A stretch of 64,000 nt of DNA. It comes from Anolis carolinensis. Taxonomy: Eukaryota. Position numbers and translations under genes: made by a program. Below are positions 24,376-36,745 of this stretch, one piece after another (positions within the stretch are counted from its first letter, which is position 1; each line of letters opens with the position of its first letter). The notes beneath the pieces are model-generated. The model was given only the letters and a program-made list of their open reading frames with translations. It did no database searches and had not been told where the DNA came from. The stretch is from NCBI RefSeq assembly GCF_035594765.1, contig NC_085841.1, forward strand, positions 62,231,636 through 62,295,635. Reading direction: 5' to 3'.

Positions 24376-25729
24376 AAAATGGTAGAATAAGATGAATAGA
24401 AGATAAAAAGTAAAAAGATACAAGTACCAGTTCACACTTCAGAGGTGGAAAAGAGATGAGAAGACTGGTCACTGAAATTTAATTTATCACTGCTGCCGTT
24501 TCAAAGATATTTTAACACTTTAAACACAGACTGTTCTTGTATTTCCAAAAGTATAGCAAACTGTTACACGAAATGTAAATGGCCAACAAAATTCCTGCAT
24601 ACCCCCTTACTTTCCCTAGCAAAAAGAGGAGAATTAAAACAAATGTTGCACATTTAAAATTTTAAGTTTATAGTTATAGATGTTGGTGATACAATAACAT
24701 GAATATGAATGAACTTAAATTTTACATAGACTCTTAATAAAGTGGGGGAGGGAACAAGTTATCTGTGCTGCTGTTGTCACTGTCTGACTACAACTACATC
24801 CTGAAGCTTTTTCTCTGGAACTGGTGCTGAGCACAGCTTGGGACTGGGCAGGAAGCATGGCACAGTGAACGGCTTCACAGGCTTACGCATTGAAGCCAAA
24901 CCTTTTAATTAAAACATGCCTTTCACCTCCCCTTCACTCTCCAAATTTGCTGGATTAAAACAAACAGTTCCTTATCTAAAAATTCAGAATGGTAACCCAG
25001 ATGAGTTTTGATCAGTGTTGCAATGAATCAAAGAGAAGCTCTCAGTGTTTTTTTTTTAAAAAAAATTTACTTAGGTTTTGAGGACATGATTCTATGTACT
25101 GCTACATAGACTTTGTTGAAATAATTGGAAGTTGTACAAAAACAATGTTACAATTCTCATACAGATCACATTTCTTTTCTGTTGCATTTGCATAGAATTA
25201 CTTCTGGATGAATTAGGTCTTCAAAGGAAACTACTTTCTTACTGGGACATCATGGCAGGACAGCTCCTAACTTCAACAGTTCCTTCTCCTCCTTTCTACT
25301 CTGCTTTATCTCGCCAAAAAGGAAACCAAAGTGGCTAACAATGAAAGAAAAATAATATATAATTTTAAACCTAAAAACCATACAAACATTAAAACAGAAT
25401 TAAACATGGAAATATTAAAAAAAATACACTGTTAAAAGCAATAACACCATAAAAACTTTGCAGTTGTATAGAGATGGAATGAATACCTGAAAATATTTGA
25501 AAGAGGGTTTGAAAACATGTTTTCAAGTATCGGAAATCCTTGGAAATGAAAATCTTGCCTTCACAAAAACCATTACTCAATACAGAACTATCATGTGGTT
25601 ATAATATTGTTGTTGTGGTTGTTGCTGTTGTTCTTATTTTACACATCAAATTGAATTTCCTGTCCTAATAGATGCATTTCCTTGCACAGAAAATGCTGTT
25701 TCCTGCAAAAAAAAAGTTTTTAATTCGTT

Positions 25730-25897
25730 AAATGATTTATATGTGTTTAATTACTTATATATTTAGATTGTTTATATTTTGATGAGATGTGTTTTATTGT
25801 TTACCTGTGAAGCACTTAATTTTTTCCGGATCTGTAAGCCGCTTTGAGTCCCCTCTGGGGTTAAGAAAGGCAGGGTAAAAATGAAGTAAATAAATAC
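25730..25897 (+). mobile_element. L2-type 3' tail
   Basis: tgtaagccgctttgagtcccc...aaataaata. Confidence 0.7.
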
Positions 25898-26807
25898 ATA
25901 ATATTTATTTTGTGGCTAAGCAATCATGTATAAATTTTGTGCAGAATAAGGAACTGTAAATCTACTCCAAAAACTGCAGTTTTTGATTACTTCCTTGTAT
26001 TGACTAAAGAACTATTAAAATTATTTGTTGTTTCTTTTGAGACTAAATGTATTTACATATCTATTCTACATGCTGTCTTTCTCCCAACATAGGACCAAAG
26101 GCAGCTCACAAACATTAAACAGAATCAGCAAAATCTCATTAAATGCATATATTTTTAAAATATAACACTAATTCAAAAGAATTAAAAAGTTTGAAATAGA
26201 GCATTTCCTAAAAAGCTTTAAAAGCCTGTTTGAACATGGTCCTTGCTTGCGAGAGGAAAGAGAGAAGTGAGGGGGCTAGCATTTTTAATTTTTGCATTTC
26301 AGAATGCTTTCGCTATATGGTTGAAATGTATAGTGTGAGTCGCTTTGGGTTTCTTACAGATGAAAACAGGGATATACATTAAACAAAGAAGCAAATAATA
26401 TTCTTTTATTGTTTTTCTGTCAGCAGACAGCCTTTTTATACCGCAGATCTTAACTATGGACCTTATCAGATAAGCAAAATTGCCTGTCCCAGGATGTTTG
26501 GACTTCAGTTGGGGCACGGAGCCCACCGGCTTCCATCACATGATGTAAAACAACTTCCAGCAGGGCTCTATGCCTCAACTGAAGTCCAAGCATCGCAGGA
26601 AGCAGCAGCGGCAACATGGGAGGTTTCCCGAATTGCATAAGAAACAACGGGGGGAAGCTGGGAGGCAATGCTTCCACCGGTGGGATGGGTGAATGGTGGG
26701 TGATGCAGGGCAACAGATTCCTCCTACCCTCTACCAGGCCCTGCCAAATTCACCACAATCTGTCACAAATTGGGGGGTGAATATGACGTGGTCATATGTA
26801 GATTAAC

Positions 26808-27120
26808 TACTGTATATAATCAGGTAAAAGGGCAGTTTTGGGGTAAAAAATATGGATTTTGAAATGGCCTATGGATAAGCAGAGTGTTGTTCCACAGAGA
26901 GGGGAAAATGTCAGTGCTGTCTTAATGCCTTGGTGTTTTCCCACCAAGACATTTAAAAAGCCAGAAGTGGGATCACAGCACACAGAGCAGAGCCCTTAAC
27001 TTCTCTATTCAGAATTATTTCTTTTTTGATAAGATTTAAGGTAAACAACTTATACTGACCCTTAGCTTTGTGGGTCAATTTTATCTAAAATCTCTATACA
27101 TATACCTGAATATTTCCAGT
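26808..27120. mobile_element. Degenerate pogo/mariner-like MITE
   Basis: Decayed TIRs tactgtatataatcaggta / tacctgaatatttccagt. Confidence 0.45.
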
Positions 27121-27181
27121 GCTCAAAGCACCCTCTGAAGTTCTGAGGAATTGCTGTTTTGTGGATGACCAGTCAGGGGAT

Positions 27182-27683
27182 TTTATTTATTTCATGTCAA
27201 AAGCATTGCATAATAAATAAATTTAAAAGTGATGAAATAAAGGAAATCACAAGCAGCTAAATAGTTTTAGACCAAAAGTGGGCAACAGCGACCACGTTGT
27301 CTGTAGCTTTAAACAACTTCTCCTCCATACATGAGGCAGGACATTGTGGGCAAGCATACATATGCGGAGTTGTTTGTTCTGCTCCACAGTCACACAAAGG
27401 TCCTCCAGGTAGTGCCACCTTGCCAAGTTGTCTTTTGATCTGCCCACTCCGCTTCTGAGTCTGTTTAGGGACTTCCAAGTTGCCCATTCTTGGTTTGCCC
27501 CTGGAAGAAGACCCTCATGGGGGGCCATCCAGTTGGAATTGCCTGGTTTAGCTGCCCAGAGGGACATTCTTGCTGTTGCTGGAGGAACATCAAGAGGAGT
27601 GGTGGTTCTCATGAAGCTTTTCCTTGATTTGAGTCTACTGGGAGGAGGCTGATAGTCATGCAGTGGGTGGCTTTCACAATGTT
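27182..27683 (-). mobile_element. Vingi/Ingi-type LINE, 5'-truncated
   Basis: WATWKSLNRLRSGVGRSK and CDCGAEQTTPHMYACPQCP C-terminal motifs; (aaat)n tail; 16-bp TSD tgaccagtcaggggat (27166-27181, 27684-27699). Confidence 0.88.
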
Positions 27684-29437
27684 TGACCAGTCAGGGGATG
27701 AGTGAGGATGAGGAATAAGTCTCAACTGCTGTCCAAGGGGGAAACTTCTGATTTGCCTCTAAGGCCTGAATGTCCAATGCTATACGTTTCCAATTGTCTT
27801 CAGGGTTCACTGGCTCAGCATGAGTCTTTTCTCTTATTTCTATTGTAAAAGATAATTACATACCACCTTTCATCAAAATTTATTTTATGGCAGTTCATAA
27901 CAATCCAATAACATTTAGAAATGTCCAAGTTATGTTAGTTTGTTGCTGCAAAATCACCAAGGAATTTTGTAGAACTTGTAGGCTGACCAGGTTTATCTGG
28001 CATAGTCCTTAACGGTCTCAAGTCCATTTGTTCTGATGATTATATAATGAATGCATTTTGTAATATTTCATGTTCCCCTCACCATATGTATACACATTTC
28101 AGTCTACTGAACTCCATCTAAAAAAGTGGAGTTCACAAATGCTTGTAACAAATAAAACATATAGATCAAGAACCTGCATTGTGAGAGTCACATAACTATG
28201 TCTACATGGTATCTATCTACATTTCCCAGTGCTACCCACAAAAGCCATCCTGTAAGATGTACCTTGGTTGGCATAAAATAAGAATTAAAGATTCAGCTGC
28301 ATGCTCATCTGTTTTAGTGAGCCTGATCAACTCCAATTTGACAATAGCTGACATCTCCCCATAGCTTACATTGTTTGCTGAGCTCTGTCATTTGTGCTAT
28401 GCTAGAAATGCTGCAACTGCAATATTATGTGTCCAGAGCCAACAATCTGATATTATGGCTACATACAGAACCAGATCCCGAGAAACAAAATCTTAATGCA
28501 ATATGTGCTAATTCCATAGATCTCAGATAAGGATTGCCATGTATATATTAGATATTCCTCACACACGTTTCTCCATTGTCTCTATAGCTCTGAAATTCTA
28601 TAAAATACTGATGCTTGGAATCGACTTTAGTTTTCTAGGCCAGTGCTGTGAGTAGGTTGGACTGAAAGCCGTCCTGGCACTTGGTAGATTCATTGGTGAA
28701 AGTTATGGTCTGTTTGTCTTCCTGCTTGGTTTCAGAGATCATCTCAGCTCCACTTGGGAATTGGGAAGTACTTGGGAAGTACAGTTGGGGTGATTATTCA
28801 GTCCTACCCCTGCCCCCCCCCCCCCCCAATTGGTTATTTCTGGATTGTCAGAGAATAATGGGGTTATTGATAAATTTTCATTTAGTTGGTTTTATTGTGA
28901 TAGGTATCGCCAGTGAGCCCAGGGAATCCCTGGGATGACACAGATGACACAGATTTAGAGCATTATCACGTGCTAACAAGTTGCCATCTGTGAGTGTATG
29001 ACTTCTATGAGACTGGGTTTGTTGATAAATAAAGCTCATAGATGTTTAAATCCTGAAAAGTGGCCATGCAGTAGATCTTCACTAGGTTTTTGTGAAGTAG
29101 TGAATGAATATCCCAATACATACCCAAGAAAAATGCATTTTTAAATGGGCTTCAGTCATTTTTAGGCCATTGCTCAGATTAAATTATTCATCATAATGCT
29201 TTTTAATGAGAAATTAAATATGCTGTGTTTGTGAGTAAAAAGGATGAATCTTACATAATTTGTATGAACACCTTAAAACACTTTAGTGTAAATCTGTGCC
29301 CAGATGTTGTAATTTTAAAATAATTTCTTATCTTACCCACACATATATTTGGGGAGAAAAGATACTCACTATTTACTGGTTCTAAAGATAATTTAGCATT
29401 TGAGTGGGCAAGCTTTTTCACAGTCTCTAGTCAAATG

Positions 29438-29772
29438 ATGGGCCCCTGGTGGTGGCTCAGTGTGTTAAAGCGCTGAGCTGCTGAACTTGCAGACCGAAAG
29501 GTCCCAGGTTCAAATCCCAGGAGCAGAATGAGCCCCTGCTATTAGCCCCAGCTCCTGCCAACCTAGCAGTTTGAAAACATGCAAATGTGAGTAGATAAAT
29601 AGGTACCGCTCCGGCGGGAAGGTAACAGTGCTCCATGCAGTCATGCCGGCCACATGACCTTGGAGGTGTCTACGGACAACGCTGGCTCTTCGGCTTAGAA
29701 ATGGAGATGAGCACCAACCCCCAGAGTTGGTCACGACTGGACTTAATGTCAGGGGAAAATCTTTACCTTTAC
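29438..29772 (+). mobile_element. Sauria SINE, full length
   Basis: A box tggctcagtgtg, B box ggttcaaatcc, (accttt)n tail; TSD ctagtcaaatg (29427-29437, 29773-29783). Confidence 0.93.
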
Positions 29773-31074
29773 CTAGTCAAATGGCAAGAAAGATTGGGTA
29801 AGATTTATTTAAAGCTCAGAAATTTAAAGCATATTTATTAGTAAATATGTAAATATTTATTAGTATATGTGACGCTAAGCATATTTATTAGTAAATATGT
29901 CAATTGTGTTCTCAACTGAGCTTGTTTCTAAAGCTGCATCAAATTGTAGCAATAAATTCCATTCACTTCAATGGAATGTCTCTCCAAATAAAACCAATGG
30001 TCACAAAGTATTTAGGGCTGTAATTCAGAATCTAATTGGACACCTCAAATGTTCAGGAGTTTATAGCTTTTAGACTTCAGTCACCTTTTATAAAAGTTAT
30101 CAGTATTTTGATTAATGACTTCCAGGTTGAGAATTTTTAGTAACATCTCAAGCAGGTGAGTTGCCAGAAGCATAAAGCTTATTCAAACATATGGCTAGTG
30201 ATATGATGTCTCAATCTACACTTCTTGCTTGTTTTAAGGAAAGCCAAAGTTAAGGACTAAGATCTTGCCAGCCATGTTGACTAGCAATGTGTTTAATTCA
30301 GTCATATGAGCTATGTAATAAATCACTGGTGAACAATGTTTAAGGCAGGCTTGTTGAATATCACACCCTAAGAATAGAAAAATGGCTATGATAATATCAT
30401 TGCACTCCCTTCATTCCTATTCCTCGGTGTGGCTTTGTTTTTGGTTTATGGAGGTGAAGATCAGTTGTCCATTCATACTACACAATTATTATGCCATTTG
30501 CATGGCTGTATCCAATGAAATTTGCCTGAGATTCTATTCCTAGATAAAGCCAAGTTATAACTCCAATACAATAAATAAGTACATAAATAAACCTGAGATT
30601 TGTAGTTTGAGGATTCTAGATATTTATAAATAATCCTGGGTTTTGTAGTCTGAGGATTCTAAATGCTTCTCCCATTGTTGCCCATCTCATGATTCTATGG
30701 GATGGAAAACAGCAGTTAAATTGGAATAAATAATGCTATAATTGTTTAGTGTGAATAGGTCTGGGCCTGGGCCTGCAAGAGAATTGTGTGTCATAAAGAA
30801 GCTAAAGCTTTGTGATTCCTGGCAAGTCACATAATTCAACTGTCTTGCTACATGAGGCATGCACTTTGCAGGTTTCCTAGCCATGAAATAATTAATAACT
30901 AACTAGAGGATGAGTTTTATGAAGTCTGTTACTTGGGACCTTATTTTCACATGGAGAATGTTCTCCTGTGACTTGCTGGAATCCTGTTGCTTATTCCCAG
31001 TGAGAGTAGACCCACCAAATCCACTATTGAATGTTGAGTAAATCCTAAAAAAATCTGCCCACGCTCAATGTGAT

Positions 31075-32270
31075 GAGGTCCCTAGTGCCCAGGGCAGCAA
31101 AAAAACAAGCCTGCTCCCTCTTCCTTGTGACATCCTTTCAAATATTATGTCTCCTCTCAACATTCTCTTCTTCAGGCTAAACTCTTTAAGCCGCTCCTCA
31201 CCAGGCATGGTTTCCAGACCTTCTATCATTTCAGTTGCCCTCCTCTGAACACCTTCCAACTTGTCAATATATTTCTTAAATTATGGTGTCCAGAATTGGA
31301 TACAATATTCAAAGTGAGGTCTGACCAAAGCAGAATAGAGAGGCACCATTATTTCCCTCGATCTAGACACTCTAATCCTTTTGATGCAGCCCAGAATCCC
31401 ATTGGTTTTTTAGCTGCTGCATCACACTGTTGCCTCATGTTCAACTTGTTGTCCGTTCAGACTCCAAGATCTTTTTCACACACTGTTGTTGAGCCAGATG
31501 TCACTCATCCTGTATCTGTACATTTCATTTTTTTTCTGCCCAAATGTAGTATCTTACATTTCTCCTTGTTGAAATTCATTTTGTTAGTTTTAGCCCAGGT
31601 CTCTAAACTGGCCCAGCTCTCTAATATGTTAAGGTCGTTTTGAATTCTGATCCCTTCCAATTTTATGTCATTGCAAACTTGATAAGCATGCCTGCTAAAC
31701 CTTCATCCAAGTCATTAATAAAGATGTTGAACAGTATTGGACCCAGAATCAAACTTCGCGGCATTCCACCAGTCACTTCTTTTCAGGATGAAGAGGAACC
31801 TTTGGTGAGTACCCTTTAGCTTTGGCCACTTAACCAATTACAAATCCACCTAACAGTAGTATTACGTAGACCACATTTGGCTAGTTTGTTTTCAACAAGA
31901 TCATAGGGGACTTTGTCAAATGCCTTACTGAAATCAAGATATGTTAGATCCACAGCATTCCCTGCATCTACCAAGCTTGTAACTATAAAAAAAAGATAAG
32001 ATTAGTCTGGCATGACTTGTTTTTAAGAAATCTGTGTTGATTACAGCATTCTTTTCTAAGTGATTACAAACTGCCTCCTTAATGATCTTCTCCAGAATCT
32101 TTCCTGGAATTGATGTCAGGCTGACTGGATGGTAATTGTTTGGATCCTCTTTCCCCCCCTTATTGAAGATACGGGCAACATTTTCCTTCCGCAAGTCTGA
32201 TGGAACAGGATTTCTCCAAGAATGCTCAAAGATTATTCCCAGTGATTTTGAAATGACTTCTGCTAGTTCA
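31075..32270 (-). mobile_element. CR1 LINE fragment (degraded RT)
   Basis: EDPNNYHPVSLTSIPGKILEKIIKE and [11 protein letters not shown] remnants; co-linear with the 10961-11842 copy. Confidence 0.92.
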
Positions 32271-33429
32271 CCCTAAGAGGTCACCCTACTCATACATCCT
32301 TATTTCAACACGTTCCCCCACCTCAATGTACCTGACTGTTGAAGAGACAAAAAAGCAGGTGTATCGATACTCCAGATACTGCATCATTGGCCCTAAAATG
32401 CAACTAATCTAAACAATGCTCTGTCTTATGCTGCTCTGTCAGCAGGCCAGGAAAGGAGTTGTACTGGCTGCAATGACATCCTCCCTTTCAGCTCAGTTTC
32501 ATAAGCAACTTAGCGTGCCATAAGCTTGTTGTATTTTGAAAAAGCCACATCATGTGTGGAAAATACTTCACACAATAATGTGGATCCTGGGTATAGTCTA
32601 TTTCTGCCACAGTTTTCTCTTGCATACATTGCCCCAGGCCAACTGAAACCTGAAAGTTGGCATTCAGCTTGACCTCCTCACTGTCATTGTTACTTTCCAT
32701 ATCTTGAACAGGCTCCTGTGTCTACCTTTAGCAACAGATGGATTCCCTTTGCTAGAATAGGTAAGTGTAATGTGTTTTTATAGAAAGGCACATCAACTTT
32801 ACTGGTATGAACTGAGGACAACTCAGTTCAGTTTGGTTCATCCACCGCTTCACCTTGTGTTATCCCTTATTACAGATTGGGAATTAACTTTGATGCAATG
32901 TTGACGCAAAGCACTTTAAACTAATCCTAGAATCAAAGTATCAAAGAAAAGGCAGGATATTTTGTATGAAATCCAATAACAGGAGTGGAATTTTAATGCG
33001 TTAATTATTCATACTCAGCTGGTGTTCTTAGAATGTCTTCCTGTTCGGTACATGTATTATGAATGGCCCCTTCTATACATAGAAGGGCCTGGGAGGCCAC
33101 TGCTTCAATTACCTGCCATAAATTAGCTGCCTGCTGCCTTTGAAAAGGATTACCCAGGCTGGAGCATGTGAAAGAAACATATGGGTAATGTGAAGCAACA
33201 GCCATCCTACATAGGCTAATCTTTAAACAGTGGGCTCAAATTTGAAACTGAAATAGGGTAGTGTCTGTGTAGCTTTTCCCCACAATAGGAAATGCTTCGG
33301 GCATCATGCAGCCTTGCATCTTAGTAGGAGAAGTCGAATAGACTTGCCAGCATTAATGAAAGCAAGTAAAGATACCGAATATTCTTTTACTCCCCTATAT
33401 ACCATGTATGGTTTTTATAAATCCAAACC

Positions 33430-33870
33430 ATATTTTTTTCATTAGTTTCCTTTCTCCCTAAATGAAAAAAGGCCCAGATGCTCTTTCATTACAAAAGGTT
33501 ACTCCATACCCCTGCTCATTATAGTTGCCCTTGCTGCAACTTCTCAAACTATAATTATTTTTGAAAGGGGATGACTGCAAATGTATGTTGCATTCCACGC
33601 ATAAAGGGATTTCTACTCCTTTTCCTAGCAACTCTTAGCATGCAATTCACCTTTTTCTCAGCTGCTACATACTGGATCAATATTTTCATTAAATTACCCA
33701 CCATGACACCAAGATCCCTTTTCTCATTAGTCACAATCAGCTCAGATTCCATTAGGATATGTATTGCGTTTTCTCTCTCTTCCAAATGTTATCACTTTGT
33801 GTAACTTATGTTTAATCAGGTCTATCATTTTGTTGTCCATTCTCCCAATTTTGAGATGTTCTTTTGAACC
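33430..33870 (-). mobile_element. Very old CR1 fragment
   Basis: Remnant EKRDLGVMV...AAEKKVNCML. Confidence 0.7.
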
Positions 33871-34596
33871 TTTTTCCAATTCATGTTGGCAGATTATTCC
33901 TCTCCCATCCACCCCTTACTGCTTCCATTTCTTTTACCAGTTTGTGCCTCCTTTTGCTTTCATTTAGGTAAAGTTTTTGTTTTCTGAGGGGGGCTAATAT
34001 TAATAACTCTTTCCATTAACTGGAATTCTGCTAGGCTTTTTTCACACTACACCATTAAAGCTCTATCATTTCACACTAAATGCCATAACTGCATTCTATG
34101 ATATCCTGGGGTTTGCAGTTTAGTGAAGTAATGGACTCTATTTGAGAATTTGAAATAACTCTTCCTAAAATGCAAATCCTAGCCTATATTAAAATGGTAT
34201 CAAAATGCTATCTTGTGTTGAGTCGAAGTGCACTTAGTTCTGGTAGTGACATTCCAGATCAGTAGTATATAAACTAGCTGATTTTCTGTGGACCTTATTT
34301 TATAATTGTGACTTCCCAAAGGAGTTTAGTTGGTCACAATGGAAAGTAAATTTCTGGACCAGATGCACATTTGGGCAAGCTCCATGGACCTTATATTTAG
34401 TAGAGCCTTTATTTTGTGAACTTCTTGTGTACATCATCAAGCATAGTCCTGATGCAAAGTTGCAGAGCCAATTCTGTCCGATAAAAGAGATTTGTGTGGG
34501 AACGGGAGGCAAAGACTGCATTAGGTTTGAGTACAGTCAGAGAAAAGCATTCCCTAACAGTGTTGCAAAAGGGTGGATTTTTCTTGCTCTCTAGGT

Positions 34597-35301
34597 CAGC
34601 GTTTTTCAATCTGGGGATTGGGACTCCTGGGGTGGTAGTGAGAGGTTGCCAGAGGGGTCACCAATAAACACCATAAAAAAACACATGTGGCAGATAAATC
34701 TTCCCTTTTTGGAAATAGATGGCGAATCCTCCCACCAAAAGCCCAATTTGCCCAATTCTATTGTTGGTGGGGTTCAAGGGGCTCTTTGATTGTAGGTGAA
34801 TTATAAATCCCAGCAACTACAACTCTATTTTCCGCAAACTCCACCAGTGTTCAAATTTGGGCATATTGAGTATTCGTGCCAAGTTTGGTCCAGATCCTTC
34901 ATGGTTTGAGTGCACAGTGCTCTCTGGATGTAAGTGAACTACAACTCCAAAACTCAAGGTCAATGCCCACCAAACTCTTCCAGTATTTTCTGTGCCAAGT
35001 TTGGTTCAATTCCATCATTGGTGGAGTTCAGAATGCTCTTTGATTGTAGGTTAACTACAATTCCCAAAATAAATCCCCCCACCCAACCCCACCAGTACTC
35101 AAATTTGAGCGTATACAGTATTTGTGCCAAATTTGGGCCAGTGAATGCATCCTGCATATCAGATATTTTACATTACAATTCATAACAGTAGCAAAATTAC
35201 AGTTATGAAGTAGCAACAAAAATAATTTTATGGTTGGGGGTCATCAAAACATGAGGAACTGTATTAAGGGGTTGCAGCATTAGGAAGGCTGAGAACCACT
35301 G
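34597..35301. mobile_element. hAT non-autonomous element with internal tandem repeats
   Basis: TIR cagcgtttttcaa / ctgagaaccactg; TSD ctctaggt / ctctagat; repeated gtgccaagtttgg units. Confidence 0.88.
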
Positions 35302-35344
35302 CTCTAGATCCACATGTCCTGCAGGCATTATTGCTGTCTGCCTG

Positions 35345-35480
35345 TAATAATAATAATAACTTTATTTTTGTACCCCACCACCATCTCCCCAAAGGGATTT
35401 GGGAAGGTTTGCACATGGCACAAGGTGCCCAAAACAACACATAAAATAAACATACAGTACAATACAAAATAAAATCACTA
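35345..35480 (-). mobile_element. L2-type 3' tail with (taa)n
   Basis: taataataactttatttttgtaccccaccaccatctccccaaaggg. Confidence 0.65.
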
Positions 35481-36567
35481 GTATATAAACAACAATTTGA
35501 AATCAGAACAGCATCAATAACCTATAGTGTCATCTTTCGTAAAAACATGGCTAACTGTAAACAAGAAGAAAGGAAAGGGATAGTGCAAGTTGTAGCTAAG
35601 GAACAAGGGAATGGGATAAAAGTGCTGTGCTGTCCAATCAGGCCATGAATTCATATAGTGTGAACAAGTCAGAGTCATTTACATGCTATTCAAGTCTTTA
35701 TGTTCTTTCAGCACTAGTGCTGTATTCTATCTTTTATTGCATCAAAAAGGATAATCCAGAGAGATTAATTGTTGGTTTCTTCTTTTATTCACAGAAGTGT
35801 ATGACAAGGAAAGAGTGAGCTACTATGATGAGTTACTTCACACCCTTTTCTGCTTATAGTAACCAGAGAGCAGCATGGCTTAAATGAAAACCAGAATTCT
35901 TTCTTTCACTTGAAATTTTTAAAAGACAAACATATTCTAGATGTCATGAACACAAGTTAGGGGTCCAGCAACATGTAAAAAAAAAGAGATCCTGAAAATA
36001 TTTTCTCCCAAGGATTGGAGAATGATAACATAGAACATTAAACTTCAAAGTTGAAAGTGATACAAATAGTCATCTAGTCCAGGCTTCTTCAGTCACTGTC
36101 CTTTTAGCCCAAGAAATTTTTACATGACCCCAGGTATATAATATTGATTTTATACCTAACATTTACTGATAACAGATCAGCATTTGCCAGGCTTTCTAAG
36201 CAGGCTGGTTTTCCTTTTAAAAAACTACAGTGGAAGCATCTTGTGCAGGGCCTACTGTAAGCACTGAACAACAGAATGGGACCCCATTTGGGGCCAGGAC
36301 CCCCAGTTTAAAAAGTAGTGATCAAGTTCAGTGCTTCTTTAAATATCCAGTGTAGAGGACAAGCAATCCTACCCCCTTCCCCTGTGTGACAGGGACCAGT
36401 GCCATGCTTCTGAATTTATTTTCTGGAAGCTCTCCAAAAACTAGCAGCGGATGGTTCAGGAACCTGCACCATGGACCAGCACTCTGATTAGCATTTATCA
36501 ATCCAACATTTAATACATATCAAAGTATTTTATAAGGAGAGCAGTCTTATGATTCTTTCCTTTATCC

Positions 36568-36745
36568 CTTATCACACTACACTGATACAGTGCTATATTC
36601 CATTTTAGTGGATATGGCAGCATATGGAATTTGTGGAATTCTGGGTTCTAATGCCCCTCTGTAAACTTACAACCCTAGAATTCCATAAGAAGTTGCCATT
36701 ACAGTTAAACTTGAATATAGTGCTATAACAGTGTAGTGTGATAAA
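36568..36745. mobile_element. Palindromic MITE
   Basis: ttatcacactacactg ... cagtgtagtgtgataa; related decayed copies near 30480-30770, 34040-34230 and 38790-38950. Confidence 0.65.

Noticed and set aside
28645-28950. Possible solo LTR
   Set aside because: No TSD or terminal inverted repeat could be established
34780-35150. Regularly spaced repeats resembling a CRISPR array
   Set aside because: Eukaryotic DNA; whole units are homologous tandem repeats inside a hAT MITE, with no unique spacers
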